Part shown: positions 19,254 to 29,554 of the stretch, piece by piece | Layout of the letters: every line of letters begins with the position of its first letter | How positions within the stretch are numbered: the first letter of the stretch is position 1 | From: an uncultured Thermoleophilia bacterium | GTDB taxonomy: Bacteria > Actinomycetota > Thermoleophilia > UBA2241 | DNA: 64,000 bases | Direction of reading: 5' to 3' | Assembly: GCA_963715985.1 (NCBI GenBank) | Contig: CAVQSP010000014.1 | Location: 128,001-192,000 of the forward strand | The notes under the pieces: model-generated | What the model was told of the DNA's origin: nothing | Databases searched by the model: none | The model's input: only the letters and a program-made list of their open reading frames with translations | Position numbers and translations under genes: made by a program

Positions 19254-19395
19254 GCCGGCCTCCTGCGCGGCGAGAGCCCCTGGTGCGTGCTCCCTCTATC
19301 GGCAGGGCGGCGTCGGGAGTCCACCTCTGGTCAGGACGCGGGGGATGCGGGTCGGCGGCGGGAACGGGCAGCGCGGCCGGGATGTGCGCCGCTGC

Positions 19396-19764
19396 TCAGG
19401 CGCCGCGGAGCACGCCGCGTCGCTCGTACACCGTGGCGGCCTCGAGCACGAGGGCTGCGCAGAGCGGCGCGCCGGCCGCCTCCAGGCGCGCCGCCACGGC
19501 ACGCAGCTCGGCGGCCGTGGAGCGGCCCGGGCGCAGGGCCTCGTAGATGCCCAGGACCTCGTCGTCGGGAAGGGCCGTGAGCTCCGCCGCGCGGCGGAGG
19601 TTCTCGCCGAGCTGAGGGTTGCCATGCTGCTCGGCGACGGCCGCCTGGTGGCGCAGGGTCTCGGGGTGGACCCGCAGGTCCTCTGGAGAGAGCTCGCCGC
19701 GCACGGCCGCCTCGAGGGTGATCTCTTCGAGGGGGCGGCCGCTGAGGGCGCGCCGCGCCGTCAT
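19396..19764 (-). CDS. pduE: B12-dependent diol/glycerol dehydratase small subunit
   Basis: ENLRRAAELT.LPDDEVL.IYEALRPGRST. Confidence 0.93.
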   Translation of the reverse strand: MTARRALSGRPLEEITLEAAVRGELSPEDLRVHPETLRHQAAVAEQHGNPQLGENLRRAAELTALPDDEVLGIYEALRPGRSTAAELRAVAARLEAAGAPLCAALVLEAATVYERRGVLRGA

Positions 19765-22142
19765 CGCGCCGCCTCCACGTCCACCGGCGGCGCGCCGGGC
19801 GCCGTCTCGCCGCGCTCGACGGCGATGAGGGAGACCACGTCGGCGTGGTAGCGCGCCTCGATGGCCTGCTCGGTGTACGGGTTGCGAACCGGCGCCGGCC
19901 GCTCGCCCCTGGCGTGACGGGCCGCGTTGGCGCCAAGCGCGCGATACATCTCGAGGGTCAGAAGCGGCGCGATCGAGAGCAGTTCCAGGCAGGCCAGCGG
20001 CGGCAGGCCACGGCGGTGGATCAGCGCCGTGCCCTTGGCCTGCAGACCGACGGCGACGCCGGAGCCGGCCAGATCGGCGGCGGTCAGCCCGATGACGCCG
20101 AGGTCCACGGTGGACGGCACGCGCACGAGGCGGGCCGTGCAGCCCTCGTCCTCGATGCCGGCGACGATCTCGGCGAGCACGTCGCCCACCGGCAGCCCGG
20201 ACATCGTCAACCAGAGCCGGGTGGCGAGCGCCGGTGAGAGGCCGACGCAGACCTCGCGGGGGTCCGTGCCCGGCCGGGCCGGGCCCCGTTCGACGAGGCG
20301 GAACGAGGCGGCGCCGGCCGCGTGCTGCGCCAGCAGGTCGTCTCGCGAGCGCTGCTGGCGGATGCCGGCCATCTCCTCCCGGCGGGCCGGCGAGACCTCG
20401 TAGCCGGTTCCCGGCCCCTGGTAGTCGTTCGGGTCCGTGACCTTGGACAGCACGTTCATCTGCTCGTCGAAGATCGCGGCCGTCTGCAGGTAGTCCCCGG
20501 CTACACGGGCGCGGCCCATGGCGAGCACGCGCTCCGCCTCCTCCTCGAACCCCGTGGCCCAGAGTGCGCGCACCACGTCGAGGATGCCGATCTGCTTCTC
20601 GAGGATCGCGTCGGCCGCCCGCAGCACCGCCTGCGGGTCGGGCGGCGAGATGTCTTTGGAACCCTCCGCGATAACGACTTCGGCCATGTGCTCTTCAGTG
20701 AAGCCCGCTGGAGGATGGCCGCCGGGCGCGCGGCCGGGTGCCGAGCCGTCAGCCTCTCCCTCGACCAGGCCCAATTCCCAGTACGCCGCCAGCGTCGCCT
20801 GTGCGGCCCGCTCGCGCACCTCGCGCAGCCACTCCTCGCTCACCGGCCGCAGTGCCCCGTCCACGCCCCAGTCGCGCTGCAGCACGAGGAAGTCGTCCAG
20901 GTCCTCGCCGTTGAAATTGGAGGGGCCGAACATGTTGTCGTAGCGCAGGACCGCGCCGAAGCCCGAGAAGATGAAGTCCGAGCCCGCGAGGAAGAGGGGC
21001 ACAGTGTGCGCCGTGCGGCGCATGTCCGACTCGCTGACAAGCGAGTCGTTGCCGGAGCACGACTCCAGATCGCGGAGCATGACGAGGAGGTTCTCGGCGA
21101 GCAGCTCGCGCATGCCGTCCGGCACGCTTCCGACTACGCTCGCCCCGTCGATGCCGCCGTTCTGCACGCCCTGCGCGCCCATGGCGCGGGCCAGCGCGAC
21201 GCAGCGGGACTCGAGGCTGAACATGGAGCGGCCTTCGGCGGCGCCCATGAGCGCCTCCGCGCCGCCGCCGCTGGTGACGCGCATCTTGAGGCCGCGCGAG
21301 GCGTACGCCGAGCAGAGGAAGGCCTTGGACCAGGGTGTGTCGTCGCCGTCGAGGAAGGCCTTCTCGGTGCCGTAGAGCGAGACGGTCTCGGCGTAGGTGG
21401 TGAGACCGCGCAGCCCGAGGTCGAGCTCGAGGGCCTCCTCCACGGAACACTGCGTGAGTGCGCCGGCGGCACCGACCTGCGAGCCGATGAGCACGGCGAG
21501 GGCGTTGGACGGCGCATCCGCGTTGACCGGCACCGTGGTCTCGACCTCGCGGAACCCGAAGGCGACCGCGGTGGCCGCGTCGGCGGCCAGCAGCAGCGGG
21601 TCGTCGAGCAGGTTGGTGACGTGCGCCTGACTGCTGGGCGTGCGGCGCACGCGCATCTTGGAGACGGCCATCTGCAGCTCGACCGGCCGGAGCACGGCGA
21701 CGACGCGGGCGAGCTTCTCCGGGGTTGCGCCGCCGGCGAGGCGCACGACGTCCTCGCGCGGCACGGAGGGGCCGACGATCAGGCGGGCGAACGCGACGTC
21801 GTCGAGGGCGTTCGCCTCCTCCGCGACCGTGACGTCCAGGCCGCGAGCGGCGATGAACTCGTCGATGAGGTCGAAGGCGGTCGCCGGCCTGCCGTCGAGC
21901 TCGGTGACGCGGCCGCGTTCGTCAACCTGAACGGAGGGCTCGGGGTCGTTCGCGCTCGCGAACGCGACGAGCCCGGCCTCGTGGTCCTCGCGCGCTAGGC
22001 CATCGAGGTTGACCGGTCGCCTGTCGAGGCCGGCGAAGCGACCGAGCCGCGGCGGCGTGCTGCCCGGGGCGCGACCTGGAGTGCGGTCCGGCCGTGCGCC
22101 GGTCCGGTCGCTCGCGTCGGGTCTCGCGCCTTGGTCGGCCAT
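19761..22142 (-). CDS. pduC: B12-dependent diol dehydratase, fused large+medium subunits
   Basis: RRTPSSQAHVTN, YAETVSLYGTE, GDDTPWSK, DPNDYQGPGTGY, then PduD-like AGIEDEG...GSGVAVGLQAKGT in one frame. Confidence 0.95.
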   Translation of the reverse strand: MADQGARPDASDRTGARPDRTPGRAPGSTPPRLGRFAGLDRRPVNLDGLAREDHEAGLVAFASANDPEPSVQVDERGRVTELDGRPATAFDLIDEFIAARGLDVTVAEEANALDDVAFARLIVGPSVPREDVVRLAGGATPEKLARVVAVLRPVELQMAVSKMRVRRTPSSQAHVTNLLDDPLLLAADAATAVAFGFREVETTVPVNADAPSNALAVLIGSQVGAAGALTQCSVEEALELDLGLRGLTTYAETVSLYGTEKAFLDGDDTPWSKAFLCSAYASRGLKMRVTSGGGAEALMGAAEGRSMFSLESRCVALARAMGAQGVQNGGIDGASVVGSVPDGMRELLAENLLVMLRDLESCSGNDSLVSESDMRRTAHTVPLFLAGSDFIFSGFGAVLRYDNMFGPSNFNGEDLDDFLVLQRDWGVDGALRPVSEEWLREVRERAAQATLAAYWELGLVEGEADGSAPGRAPGGHPPAGFTEEHMAEVVIAEGSKDISPPDPQAVLRAADAILEKQIGILDVVRALWATGFEEEAERVLAMGRARVAGDYLQTAAIFDEQMNVLSKVTDPNDYQGPGTGYEVSPARREEMAGIRQQRSRDDLLAQHAAGAASFRLVERGPARPGTDPREVCVGLSPALATRLWLTMSGLPVGDVLAEIVAGIEDEGCTARLVRVPSTVDLGVIGLTAADLAGSGVAVGLQAKGTALIHRRGLPPLACLELLSIAPLLTLEMYRALGANAARHARGERPAPVRNPYTEQAIEARYHADVVSLIAVERGETAPGAPPVDVEAAR

Positions 22143-22276
22143 GTGGTCATCCTCCCGCGCGGATTCTAGCGGGTCGGGCGGGTGGCGCCCAGTAGGCAAG
22201 CTATCCAGTCGTGGCCCCCTGCGGTAGTCTCGTGATGAGTGCTCCCGCATGAGACCAGGACACAGGAGGGGTTCGC

Positions 22277-23047
22277 GTGAGGGTGAAGGACAAGGTGTGC
22301 TTGATCACGGGCGCGACGTCGGGCATAGGTGCCGCGACCGCCACGGTCTTCGCGGCCGAGGGGGCCCGCCTCGTCCTCACCGGCCGTGACGAGCAGCGCG
22401 GCGCCGACGTCGCCGCCGCGTGCCAGGCGCGGGGCGCCGCCGACGTGGTCTTCACCGCCGGCGATGTGACGGACGAGGCCGATGTGAACGGGATCGTGGC
22501 GGAGGCTCTGGCGAAGCACGGTCGAATCGACGTGCTCTTCAACAATGCCGGCACCATCGCTGATGGCACGGTGGCGACGACCAGCCAGGAGGCCTTTCGC
22601 AGGGTATTGGAAGTGAACCTGCTCGGGCAGTTCCTGTTCGCCCACGCCGTCGTCCCGGTCATGCAGCGTCAGGGGAGCGGCGTCATCGTGAACAACGCCT
22701 CCGACTGGGGACTGGTGGCGGGCCCGGAGGCCGTGGCCTACTGCTGCAGCAAGGCGGCTGTCGTGATGCTGACCAGGTGCATCGCTGTCGACCACGGGGC
22801 GGAAGGCATCCGGTGCAACGCCGTGTGTCCGGGTGACACGCTGACTCCCATGGTGCTGGAGGCGCGGGCGGGCCGTGACGGGGCGAGCGCTGCGGACTTC
22901 GTCGCGGCCGCGTCTCAGAGCGTGCCGCTGCGGCGAATGGCGGAGCCGGAGGAGATCGCTGCCGTCGTGCTCTTTCTGGCGAGCGACGAGTCGAGCTTCA
23001 TGACCGGCTCTGCGGTACCGGTCGACGGCGGCAACACCTGCCGGTGA
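22277..23047 (+). CDS. SDR family oxidoreductase
   Basis: TGATSGIG, NNAG, YCCSK, VDGG. Confidence 0.95.
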   Translation: MRVKDKVCLITGATSGIGAATATVFAAEGARLVLTGRDEQRGADVAAACQARGAADVVFTAGDVTDEADVNGIVAEALAKHGRIDVLFNNAGTIADGTVATTSQEAFRRVLEVNLLGQFLFAHAVVPVMQRQGSGVIVNNASDWGLVAGPEAVAYCCSKAAVVMLTRCIAVDHGAEGIRCNAVCPGDTLTPMVLEARAGRDGASAADFVAAASQSVPLRRMAEPEEIAAVVLFLASDESSFMTGSAVPVDGGNTCR

Positions 23048-23111
23048 AAGCGGCGGCGCGCGTCCTGCCCGGCGCGCCGCCGCTCTCCGCGGACCCCCGC
23101 CGCGACTTGGG

Positions 23112-24278
23112 TCAATGGTCCTCGCCGGCCGCCTGCGCTGCCTCGAACAGGTCCATGAAGTCGGCTTGGGTGGCCACTCGCGGGTTGCTCTCCACCGACA
23201 CGTTCACCGACGATGCTTTGGCCAGCCGAAGGAAGTCCTCGCGGCGTACGCCGGCCTCGCCGGCGGACGGGATGGCGAGATCATCGGTGAGCTTGCGGAT
23301 GGCTGTGGACGCGAGACGCGCCGCCTCCAGCTCCGACAGCCCGGAGACGTCCTCGCCGAGTGCCTCGGCGACGACCGCGTACTTGTCCGGGACGGCCTCG
23401 CAGTTGAACGCCGTCACGACGGGGAGGTAGATCGCCATGGCGATGCCGTGGGGCGTGTCGTAGAGCCCGCCGATCGCCTCTCCCATGCAGTGCACGGCGG
23501 CGATGTCGGAGTTGCCGAACGCCACGCCGGCCAGGAGGCTGGCGAGCGACATGTCGTGGCGGGCGTGAGCGTCAGCTCCGTTCGCGTAGGCCTTGCGCAG
23601 CGAGGCGGCGACGAGCCGCATGGCGGACACGGCCAGGCTGTCCGTGAGGGGTTCGGAGGGCACGGATGTGAACCCCTCCACGGCGTGCGTCAGCGCATCC
23701 ACGCCGGTGTAGGCGGTCACCGTGGCGGGAAGCCCGAGGGTCAGCTCGGGGTCGACGAGGGCGACGGTCGCGGCGCACAGCGGGCTGCCGACGCTCATCT
23801 TGAAGGAGCGCTCGGTGTCGGTGATCACCGCCCAGAACGTCACTTCGCTACCCGTCCCCGACGTCGTGGGGATGGCGATCAGGGGGGTGATCGGCCTGGT
23901 CAGCATGCCGAGGCCCTCGTAGTCCTGGATCCTGCCCCCGTGCGTGGCCACCACCCCGATCGCTTTGGCCGTGTCCATGGGGCTGCCGCCGCCGATCGCG
24001 ACGAGCACGTCGCAGCCCTCGGACTCGACGAGCTGCGCACCCATTGCGACCGACGTGTCCCTCGGGTTGGGGGCCACACCGTCGAACAGGACGGTGGTGA
24101 GGCCGGTCGCCACGAGCCGGTCATTGACCGGCTCGACCAGGCCGGCCGCCAGCACGCCCGGATCGGTGACGATGAGGGCCCGCGTGCCGCCCAAGGCCTT
24201 CGCCTCGTCGCCCACCGTCGCCGACACGCCGGTGCCGAACTCGATGCGCGTCGGCAGCTGAAAGCTGAAGCTCTTCAT
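23112..24278 (-). CDS. Iron-containing alcohol dehydrogenase
   Basis: GGGSPMD, PTTSGTGSE, DALTHAVE, H...PHG. Confidence 0.93.
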   Translation of the reverse strand: MKSFSFQLPTRIEFGTGVSATVGDEAKALGGTRALIVTDPGVLAAGLVEPVNDRLVATGLTTVLFDGVAPNPRDTSVAMGAQLVESEGCDVLVAIGGGSPMDTAKAIGVVATHGGRIQDYEGLGMLTRPITPLIAIPTTSGTGSEVTFWAVITDTERSFKMSVGSPLCAATVALVDPELTLGLPATVTAYTGVDALTHAVEGFTSVPSEPLTDSLAVSAMRLVAASLRKAYANGADAHARHDMSLASLLAGVAFGNSDIAAVHCMGEAIGGLYDTPHGIAMAIYLPVVTAFNCEAVPDKYAVVAEALGEDVSGLSELEAARLASTAIRKLTDDLAIPSAGEAGVRREDFLRLAKASSVNVSVESNPRVATQADFMDLFEAAQAAGEDH

Positions 24279-24280
24279 CC

Positions 24281-24988
24281 TCACACCCCCAGAAACGTGC
24301 GGTGGATCTCCTCGTTCTTGCTGAGCTCCTCGGTGGTCCCTTGCATGACGATGTGACCCTCGCGGATGACGTACACGCGCTCCGCCACCTCGAAGCTCAG
24401 CTTGACGTTCTGCTCGACCAAGCAGATGACTACGTTGTGTTGGTTGACGATCTCCATGAAGGCCTCCGCCAGCTTCTTGCGCACGATCGGCGCCAAGCCC
24501 AGCGTCGGTTCGTCCAGGAACAACAGCTTCGGGTTCGCGAGCAGGGCGCGTCCGATGGCGCACATCTGCGCTTCGCCGCCGCTGAGCGTGCCGGCCTGCT
24601 GCCCCAGGCGCTCCTCGAGTACCGGGAACAGGTCGAACACGTTGCGCAGCGTGATGGCGCTGTCCTTGGGGGCGTTGTAGCCGCCCAGCATGAGGTTGTC
24701 CTTGACGCTCATGTAGTCGAAGAGGTAGCGCCGTTCCGGGCACTGCACGACGCCCATCTGCACGAGCTGGCGGTTCGACAGACCTGCGATGGTCTCACCC
24801 TTGTAGATCGCGGAACCCTTCCACTTCAGCAGCCCGGTCATCGCATTGACGAACGTGCTCTTGCCGGCGCCGTTGGGGCCGACCAAGGCGATGCACTTCT
24901 CGCCGTCCTCGATGTGCACGTCGATGCCCTTCAGCGCCTCGACGCCGCCGTACTCCACACGGAGATCCTGTACCTCGAATAGGCTCAT
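24281..24988 (-). CDS. Liv-type ABC ATP-binding protein (LivF-like)
   Basis: GPNGAGKST, LSGGE, LDEPTLGLAP, VEQN. Confidence 0.93.
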   Translation of the reverse strand: MSLFEVQDLRVEYGGVEALKGIDVHIEDGEKCIALVGPNGAGKSTFVNAMTGLLKWKGSAIYKGETIAGLSNRQLVQMGVVQCPERRYLFDYMSVKDNLMLGGYNAPKDSAITLRNVFDLFPVLEERLGQQAGTLSGGEAQMCAIGRALLANPKLLFLDEPTLGLAPIVRKKLAEAFMEIVNQHNVVICLVEQNVKLSFEVAERVYVIREGHIVMQGTTEELSKNEEIHRTFLGV

Positions 24989-24994
24989 CTGACG

Positions 24995-25711
24995 TCACCC
25001 CATGTACGCGTCGATGACGACGGGGTTGTTGACGATCTCCTGGAACGGACCCTCGGCGATGACGGAGCCCCGGTCGATCACCGTGGTGACCTGAGCGACC
25101 TGCTCGACCAGACCGAGGTTGTGGTCCACGACGAGGATGGTGATGTCGTAGTCCTTGGCCACCATCCTGATGATGCGGGCCATCTCCTCGCCCTCTTCGA
25201 ACGACAGGCCCGCGAAGCATTCGTCGAGCATCAGGAAAGACGGACCCGTGGTCAGCACCTTGCCGAGCTCCAGCTTCTTGGCGCCCACCGCAGACAGGGC
25301 GGTCGGGAGCTCGTCGAGTGCGTCCTCGAGATCGACGATCCTGGCCACGCGCTCGACATCCTCCTTTGGGAACTTGTTGACGTCGACGCCGAGCTCGATG
25401 TGGCGGCGGATGGTCAGATCGGATACGTAGGTCGCGGTCTGGTTCGTCCAGTTGATACCGAGCCGCACCCGGTCCCACACCCTGGTCCCGGCGAGGTCCT
25501 TGCCCTCGAACAGAACCCTGCCGCCGTCCGGCCGGTAGTTGCCCATGATGGTCGCGATCATCGTCGACTTGCCCGACCCGTTGGGGCCGATGAGCCCCCT
25601 GATCTCACCCTTGTGGACGCTGAGGCTCACGTTGGTGAGGGCCTTGACGCCGGGGAACACTTTGTCGACGTTCTGCAGTTCCAGCACCGGTGTGCTCATT
25701 GACGTCGCCAT
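24995..25711 (-). CDS. Liv-type ABC ATP-binding protein (LivG-like)
   Basis: GPNGSGKST, LDE, NPVVIDAYMG. Confidence 0.92.
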   Translation of the reverse strand: MATSMSTPVLELQNVDKVFPGVKALTNVSLSVHKGEIRGLIGPNGSGKSTMIATIMGNYRPDGGRVLFEGKDLAGTRVWDRVRLGINWTNQTATYVSDLTIRRHIELGVDVNKFPKEDVERVARIVDLEDALDELPTALSAVGAKKLELGKVLTTGPSFLMLDECFAGLSFEEGEEMARIIRMVAKDYDITILVVDHNLGLVEQVAQVTTVIDRGSVIAEGPFQEIVNNPVVIDAYMG

Positions 25712-25712
25712 C

Positions 25713-26684
25713 TCAGGCCCCCGCCGATTCGTCCTGCGGCTTCTTCGCCTGACGCCCCACGCGTCGCACGCGCTCCGTGAGGCCGTCGATCATGCCGACC
25801 AGGCCCTTGGGCGCCAGGAAGTAGATGATGAAGCCGAGACCGTAGATGATGAGCCACTGCACGTAAGCGTCGACGTACTGCATCAGCTCCATGCTGAGGA
25901 AGACCACGAGATAGGCGCCGAGGATGGCCCCCCGCAGGCTGAAGCGCCCGCCGATGATGGCCATCACGATGATCCTGATCATGAACGCCAGAGCGAACGT
26001 GTTGGAGACCACGGCGGCGCCGGAGTAGTGCACGTACACCACGCCGCCGATGGCGCCCACGAGACCGCTGAGCAGCAGGAGCCGCCCCGTGTACTTGTGC
26101 GGGTCGGCGCCGGCCTGGCGGACGATCGACTGGTCCTCGCGGGCGAAGTCGATGACTTTGCCCGAATCCGACTTCAGGTACCAGGCGAAGAACATGCCGC
26201 AGGCACAGAGGAAGCCGGCGAGCACGAGGGCCAGCCACAGCTCTGAGAAGAGACCGTCGATAGGCGACAGGCCGATGTCGCCGCCGGTCAGCGGCCGCGC
26301 GTAGCTGGAGACGATGAGATTGGAGAGCGCGATGATGGACAAGAAGCTCACCATCTCGAAGCTCAGGCCGCTGATGCGTTTGTGGATCGGGTTGAGGTAG
26401 AGCCAGCCGCCGCCCGTGCCCACGACGACTCCGCAGATCATGCAGAGCCACATCGGCCAGCCCCAGTGGAAGTTCAAGGCAGCGCTGGTGTAGCCGGCGA
26501 GCCCGATGAAGATGACGTGCCCGAGGTTCAGGTAGCCGCTGAAGGTCGTGAAGAAGGACCAGCTCATCGCGAACACGGCGAAGAGCGTGGCGGTGATCAC
26601 GAACGACAGCTGGTCCGGCATAACGATCGCGATGACCGCCAGCACTCCAAACGTCGCGAGCCACTTGTACAGCTCTCTGGTCAC
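25713..26684 (-). CDS. Liv-type ABC permease (LivM-like)
   Basis: GYLNLGH, TGGDIGL, IIGG; TM-rich. Confidence 0.9.
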   Translation of the reverse strand: MTRELYKWLATFGVLAVIAIVMPDQLSFVITATLFAVFAMSWSFFTTFSGYLNLGHVIFIGLAGYTSAALNFHWGWPMWLCMICGVVVGTGGGWLYLNPIHKRISGLSFEMVSFLSIIALSNLIVSSYARPLTGGDIGLSPIDGLFSELWLALVLAGFLCACGMFFAWYLKSDSGKVIDFAREDQSIVRQAGADPHKYTGRLLLLSGLVGAIGGVVYVHYSGAAVVSNTFALAFMIRIIVMAIIGGRFSLRGAILGAYLVVFLSMELMQYVDAYVQWLIIYGLGFIIYFLAPKGLVGMIDGLTERVRRVGRQAKKPQDESAGA

Positions 26685-26718
26685 GGACGCCTCTTTTCAG
26701 TATGTCGGGTCCGCGCGC

Positions 26719-27573
26719 TCATCCGATGCGGATCCCGGCCAAGCCCTTCGGGCGGTAGATGAGGATCCCGACCGCCACGCCGAGAAGGACGAAGGCTCTG
26801 ATTCGAGGGTCGATGAACGTCACGACGCCCACTTCGAGGACGCCGATGAGCAGCGTCGCGTACATGACGCCCTTGATGCTGCCAAGGCCTCCGAGGGTCG
26901 TGATGGTGAACATGATTACCAGGGGGTAGGCCCACATGTGGACGCTGACCCCGATGTAGCCGCCGTAGAAGTAGGCGCCGATGCCGAGAAGGACGCCGCC
27001 GACGAAGTAGACGAGCATCTGGATCTTGACGACGTCCAAGCCGATGACCTGGCTGCCGCGCACGCTCTGCGGTATGGCGATGATGGCGCGACCCATGTTG
27101 GTGTGCGTGGTGAAGTACTGCAGCGCGAAGAGGGCGATCCACCCGATCACGCCGCCCAGGATGAGCTCGCGCCGGACGGAGACCGTCAGCAGGTCGAGGG
27201 TACCGGGGAGGAGCGGGGAGATCTTGAAGCTGTAGCCCGAAGAGAAGACCATCGCCATGATGCTCTCCACGCCCAGCGCCAGGAGGATCGTGGCGAAGAA
27301 CACCCGGTACGGGTTGTCGCGCTGGGGCCGGATGAACACGTAGTAGTGCGCCAGGCACAAGGCGCCCAGGCCGAGCGCCACGATGGGCAACGCCCACTGA
27401 TCCACGTAGGGGCTCAGCTTGACGATGGCGAAGGCGCCGACCATCAGGTACGCGGGCAGGGTGATGTCGTAGAACCCACCCAGCCCGCAGATGAGCGAGA
27501 AGCCCACGGTCATGATGCCGTAGAGCGACGCGAAGATGACTCCGTAGATGATGACGTACGCCAGGTCGTGCAT
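26719..27573 (-). CDS. Liv-type ABC permease (LivH-like)
   Basis: GFSLICG, GRAIIA, LGGLGSIKG, RPKGL. Confidence 0.9.
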   Translation of the reverse strand: MHDLAYVIIYGVIFASLYGIMTVGFSLICGLGGFYDITLPAYLMVGAFAIVKLSPYVDQWALPIVALGLGALCLAHYYVFIRPQRDNPYRVFFATILLALGVESIMAMVFSSGYSFKISPLLPGTLDLLTVSVRRELILGGVIGWIALFALQYFTTHTNMGRAIIAIPQSVRGSQVIGLDVVKIQMLVYFVGGVLLGIGAYFYGGYIGVSVHMWAYPLVIMFTITTLGGLGSIKGVMYATLLIGVLEVGVVTFIDPRIRAFVLLGVAVGILIYRPKGLAGIRIG

Positions 27574-27698
27574 CAGGCTGGCCTCCCGGGGTGGACGACG
27601 TGGAACGAGCAGCCGCGCCGGGACCGCGCGTAGTGCGCTGCGCCCGTCACGACTGCCCGTTCCCGGTCAGTGTGCGCTCAGGCCGCCGTCCCCGCCCG

Positions 27699-29174
27699 TC
27701 AGGCGTTCGGCGAGCCGGGGAAGAACGGCGGCTCTTGGTAGATGCCGTTCGCCAGGTGCTTGGGATACACGGTGACGAGCCTGCCGTAGTCGTCCGGCTG
27801 GCCGGGCAGCACGAACGTGTCCGGCGGAGCGATCTCCGGCGGCATCCACTGCGTCATCGGCGAGTACGGCGAACTCTCCCAGAGCCCCTCGCCGCGCTCG
27901 GGGTCGGGTGAGGCCGCCGCGGTCTCGTCGATGGGCGAGCACCAGGCGTGCGGCCACTCGCCCTGTCCGGGACCGTAGAACCCGCCACGCGTGGGCGCGT
28001 CCGCGTAGTACGTCTTCTCGAGCTCGGGGATGAGGGCCGCCGTCTCGACCGAGTCGGCGCGCTCCGCGGCCTCCTTGTACGACTTGATGCCCCGCCAGGT
28101 GCACTCGCCCAGCCACATCGGTGTCCTGGGGTCGTCCGGGTAGGTGGTGAACCACTCCGAGACGAAGTCCCGCCACTCCTGGGTGTGCTTCTCGAGGCTG
28201 CCCCACGTGGACGTGGTGGCCATCGTCCCCCAGGCGCCCTTGCTCCGCTCCCAGTAGCCGTAGTCGTTCAGGATACCGTTGTGGCCGGCAATGGCGATGG
28301 GGACCTTGTTCTCCCAGGCCTGGTTGGCGAGTCGCTCGCCGAACACCGAGATGAAGGTCATGATCTGCTGCGCGCCGGCCTGCTCGGCGGCGCGGAAGTA
28401 CGGCGTGAGGTCCTCGACGTCCACGGGGACGACGGAGACACCTGCGAGCTCCAGGCCCGCCTTGGGTGCCTCCTCCTTGAAGAAGACCTCGATGCCCTCG
28501 GTCCACACCATGTCCTCGCGCAGCATGTGGACCTTCTTCCAGCCGTAGTCGTTCATCAGCTGGACGGCGGGATCCTGACAGCAGAAGTAGAGGCCTTGGT
28601 CGGTGGGTGTGTACATGAAGTAGTTCTTGTAGTTCTCGTAGTCCGTGTACACGTTCTCCATGAACGCCTGCGTGGAGGCGAACATGGAGAGGTAGAGGAC
28701 ATCCTGCGCGCGCGCGATTCGGCTCAGCAGGGCGGCCTCCACGTCATCGATGGAGGCGCCGAGGATGACGTCGACCTTCTGCGACACCAGCGTCTCAAAG
28801 CCCTGGATGGCCTGGGCCGTCTCCATGTGGTCGTCGATGGGGCCGACGATCTCGCACTGACGGCCCAGGATGCCGCCTGCCTCGTTGATGTGCTTGAACG
28901 AGATCTCGGTGGCGCGCAGCACGTTCTTGCCCGAGGGGTCGCCCATGCCGCCCAGGATGCCGAACTTGATGGGCTCGCTGGAGGACCCGCCGCCGGAGGA
29001 TGAGCCGTCGCCGCTGCTGCCGCAGGCGCTGAGGATCCCGCCAAGGCTCGCCCCCATGCCGAGGGTGACCCCGGCGGCACCGGCTATCTTGAGGAAGTCC
29101 CGGCGGCTGTGGGTGCCGCCCAGCGGTGGCTTATCGTCGCGATCAACGGTCGGGCGATCATCGTCGGTCTGCAT
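27699..29174 (-). CDS. Liv-type substrate-binding lipoprotein with Tat signal
   Basis: SRRDFLK twin-arginine motif, LSAC lipobox, INEAGGILGR. Confidence 0.9.
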   Translation of the reverse strand: MQTDDDRPTVDRDDKPPLGGTHSRRDFLKIAGAAGVTLGMGASLGGILSACGSSGDGSSSGGGSSSEPIKFGILGGMGDPSGKNVLRATEISFKHINEAGGILGRQCEIVGPIDDHMETAQAIQGFETLVSQKVDVILGASIDDVEAALLSRIARAQDVLYLSMFASTQAFMENVYTDYENYKNYFMYTPTDQGLYFCCQDPAVQLMNDYGWKKVHMLREDMVWTEGIEVFFKEEAPKAGLELAGVSVVPVDVEDLTPYFRAAEQAGAQQIMTFISVFGERLANQAWENKVPIAIAGHNGILNDYGYWERSKGAWGTMATTSTWGSLEKHTQEWRDFVSEWFTTYPDDPRTPMWLGECTWRGIKSYKEAAERADSVETAALIPELEKTYYADAPTRGGFYGPGQGEWPHAWCSPIDETAAASPDPERGEGLWESSPYSPMTQWMPPEIAPPDTFVLPGQPDDYGRLVTVYPKHLANGIYQEPPFFPGSPNA

Positions 29175-29554
29175 GCCTGCTCCTCTCGATCCGGCCAACA
29201 CCTGTCGACGAGCGGAAACACAGGTAGGGGGAGACGGCATAAGCACGGCTCCCCCGACCAGTGCTGATGCGCCTGAAGGCTAGTCTCGCTGTCTGCGGGC
29301 GTCAAGGCTCGACGCGCAGGAAGTGCGAGCGGCTTCAATCTCGAACGTACACCACACCGGCGGGCTGCCTTCTGCGCACACGAACGCGCAAGTACGGCCA
29401 GATTGTCACGGGCAAGTGCGTTGCTGGCCGTCGCTGCCGCCCAAGCCGCTCGATGTCTGCGCCCGTGCGGCGCGGCACCGTCTCTGGAACGGTGCCACCC
29501 GGCTGAGTAGACTGCCATGTAGATGTGCCGCGGCTGCGCGTGCGGAGGTACCAG

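Noticed and set aside
22143-22276. Cobalamin riboswitch for the dehydratase
   Set aside because: Short divergent intergenic region with no B12 box
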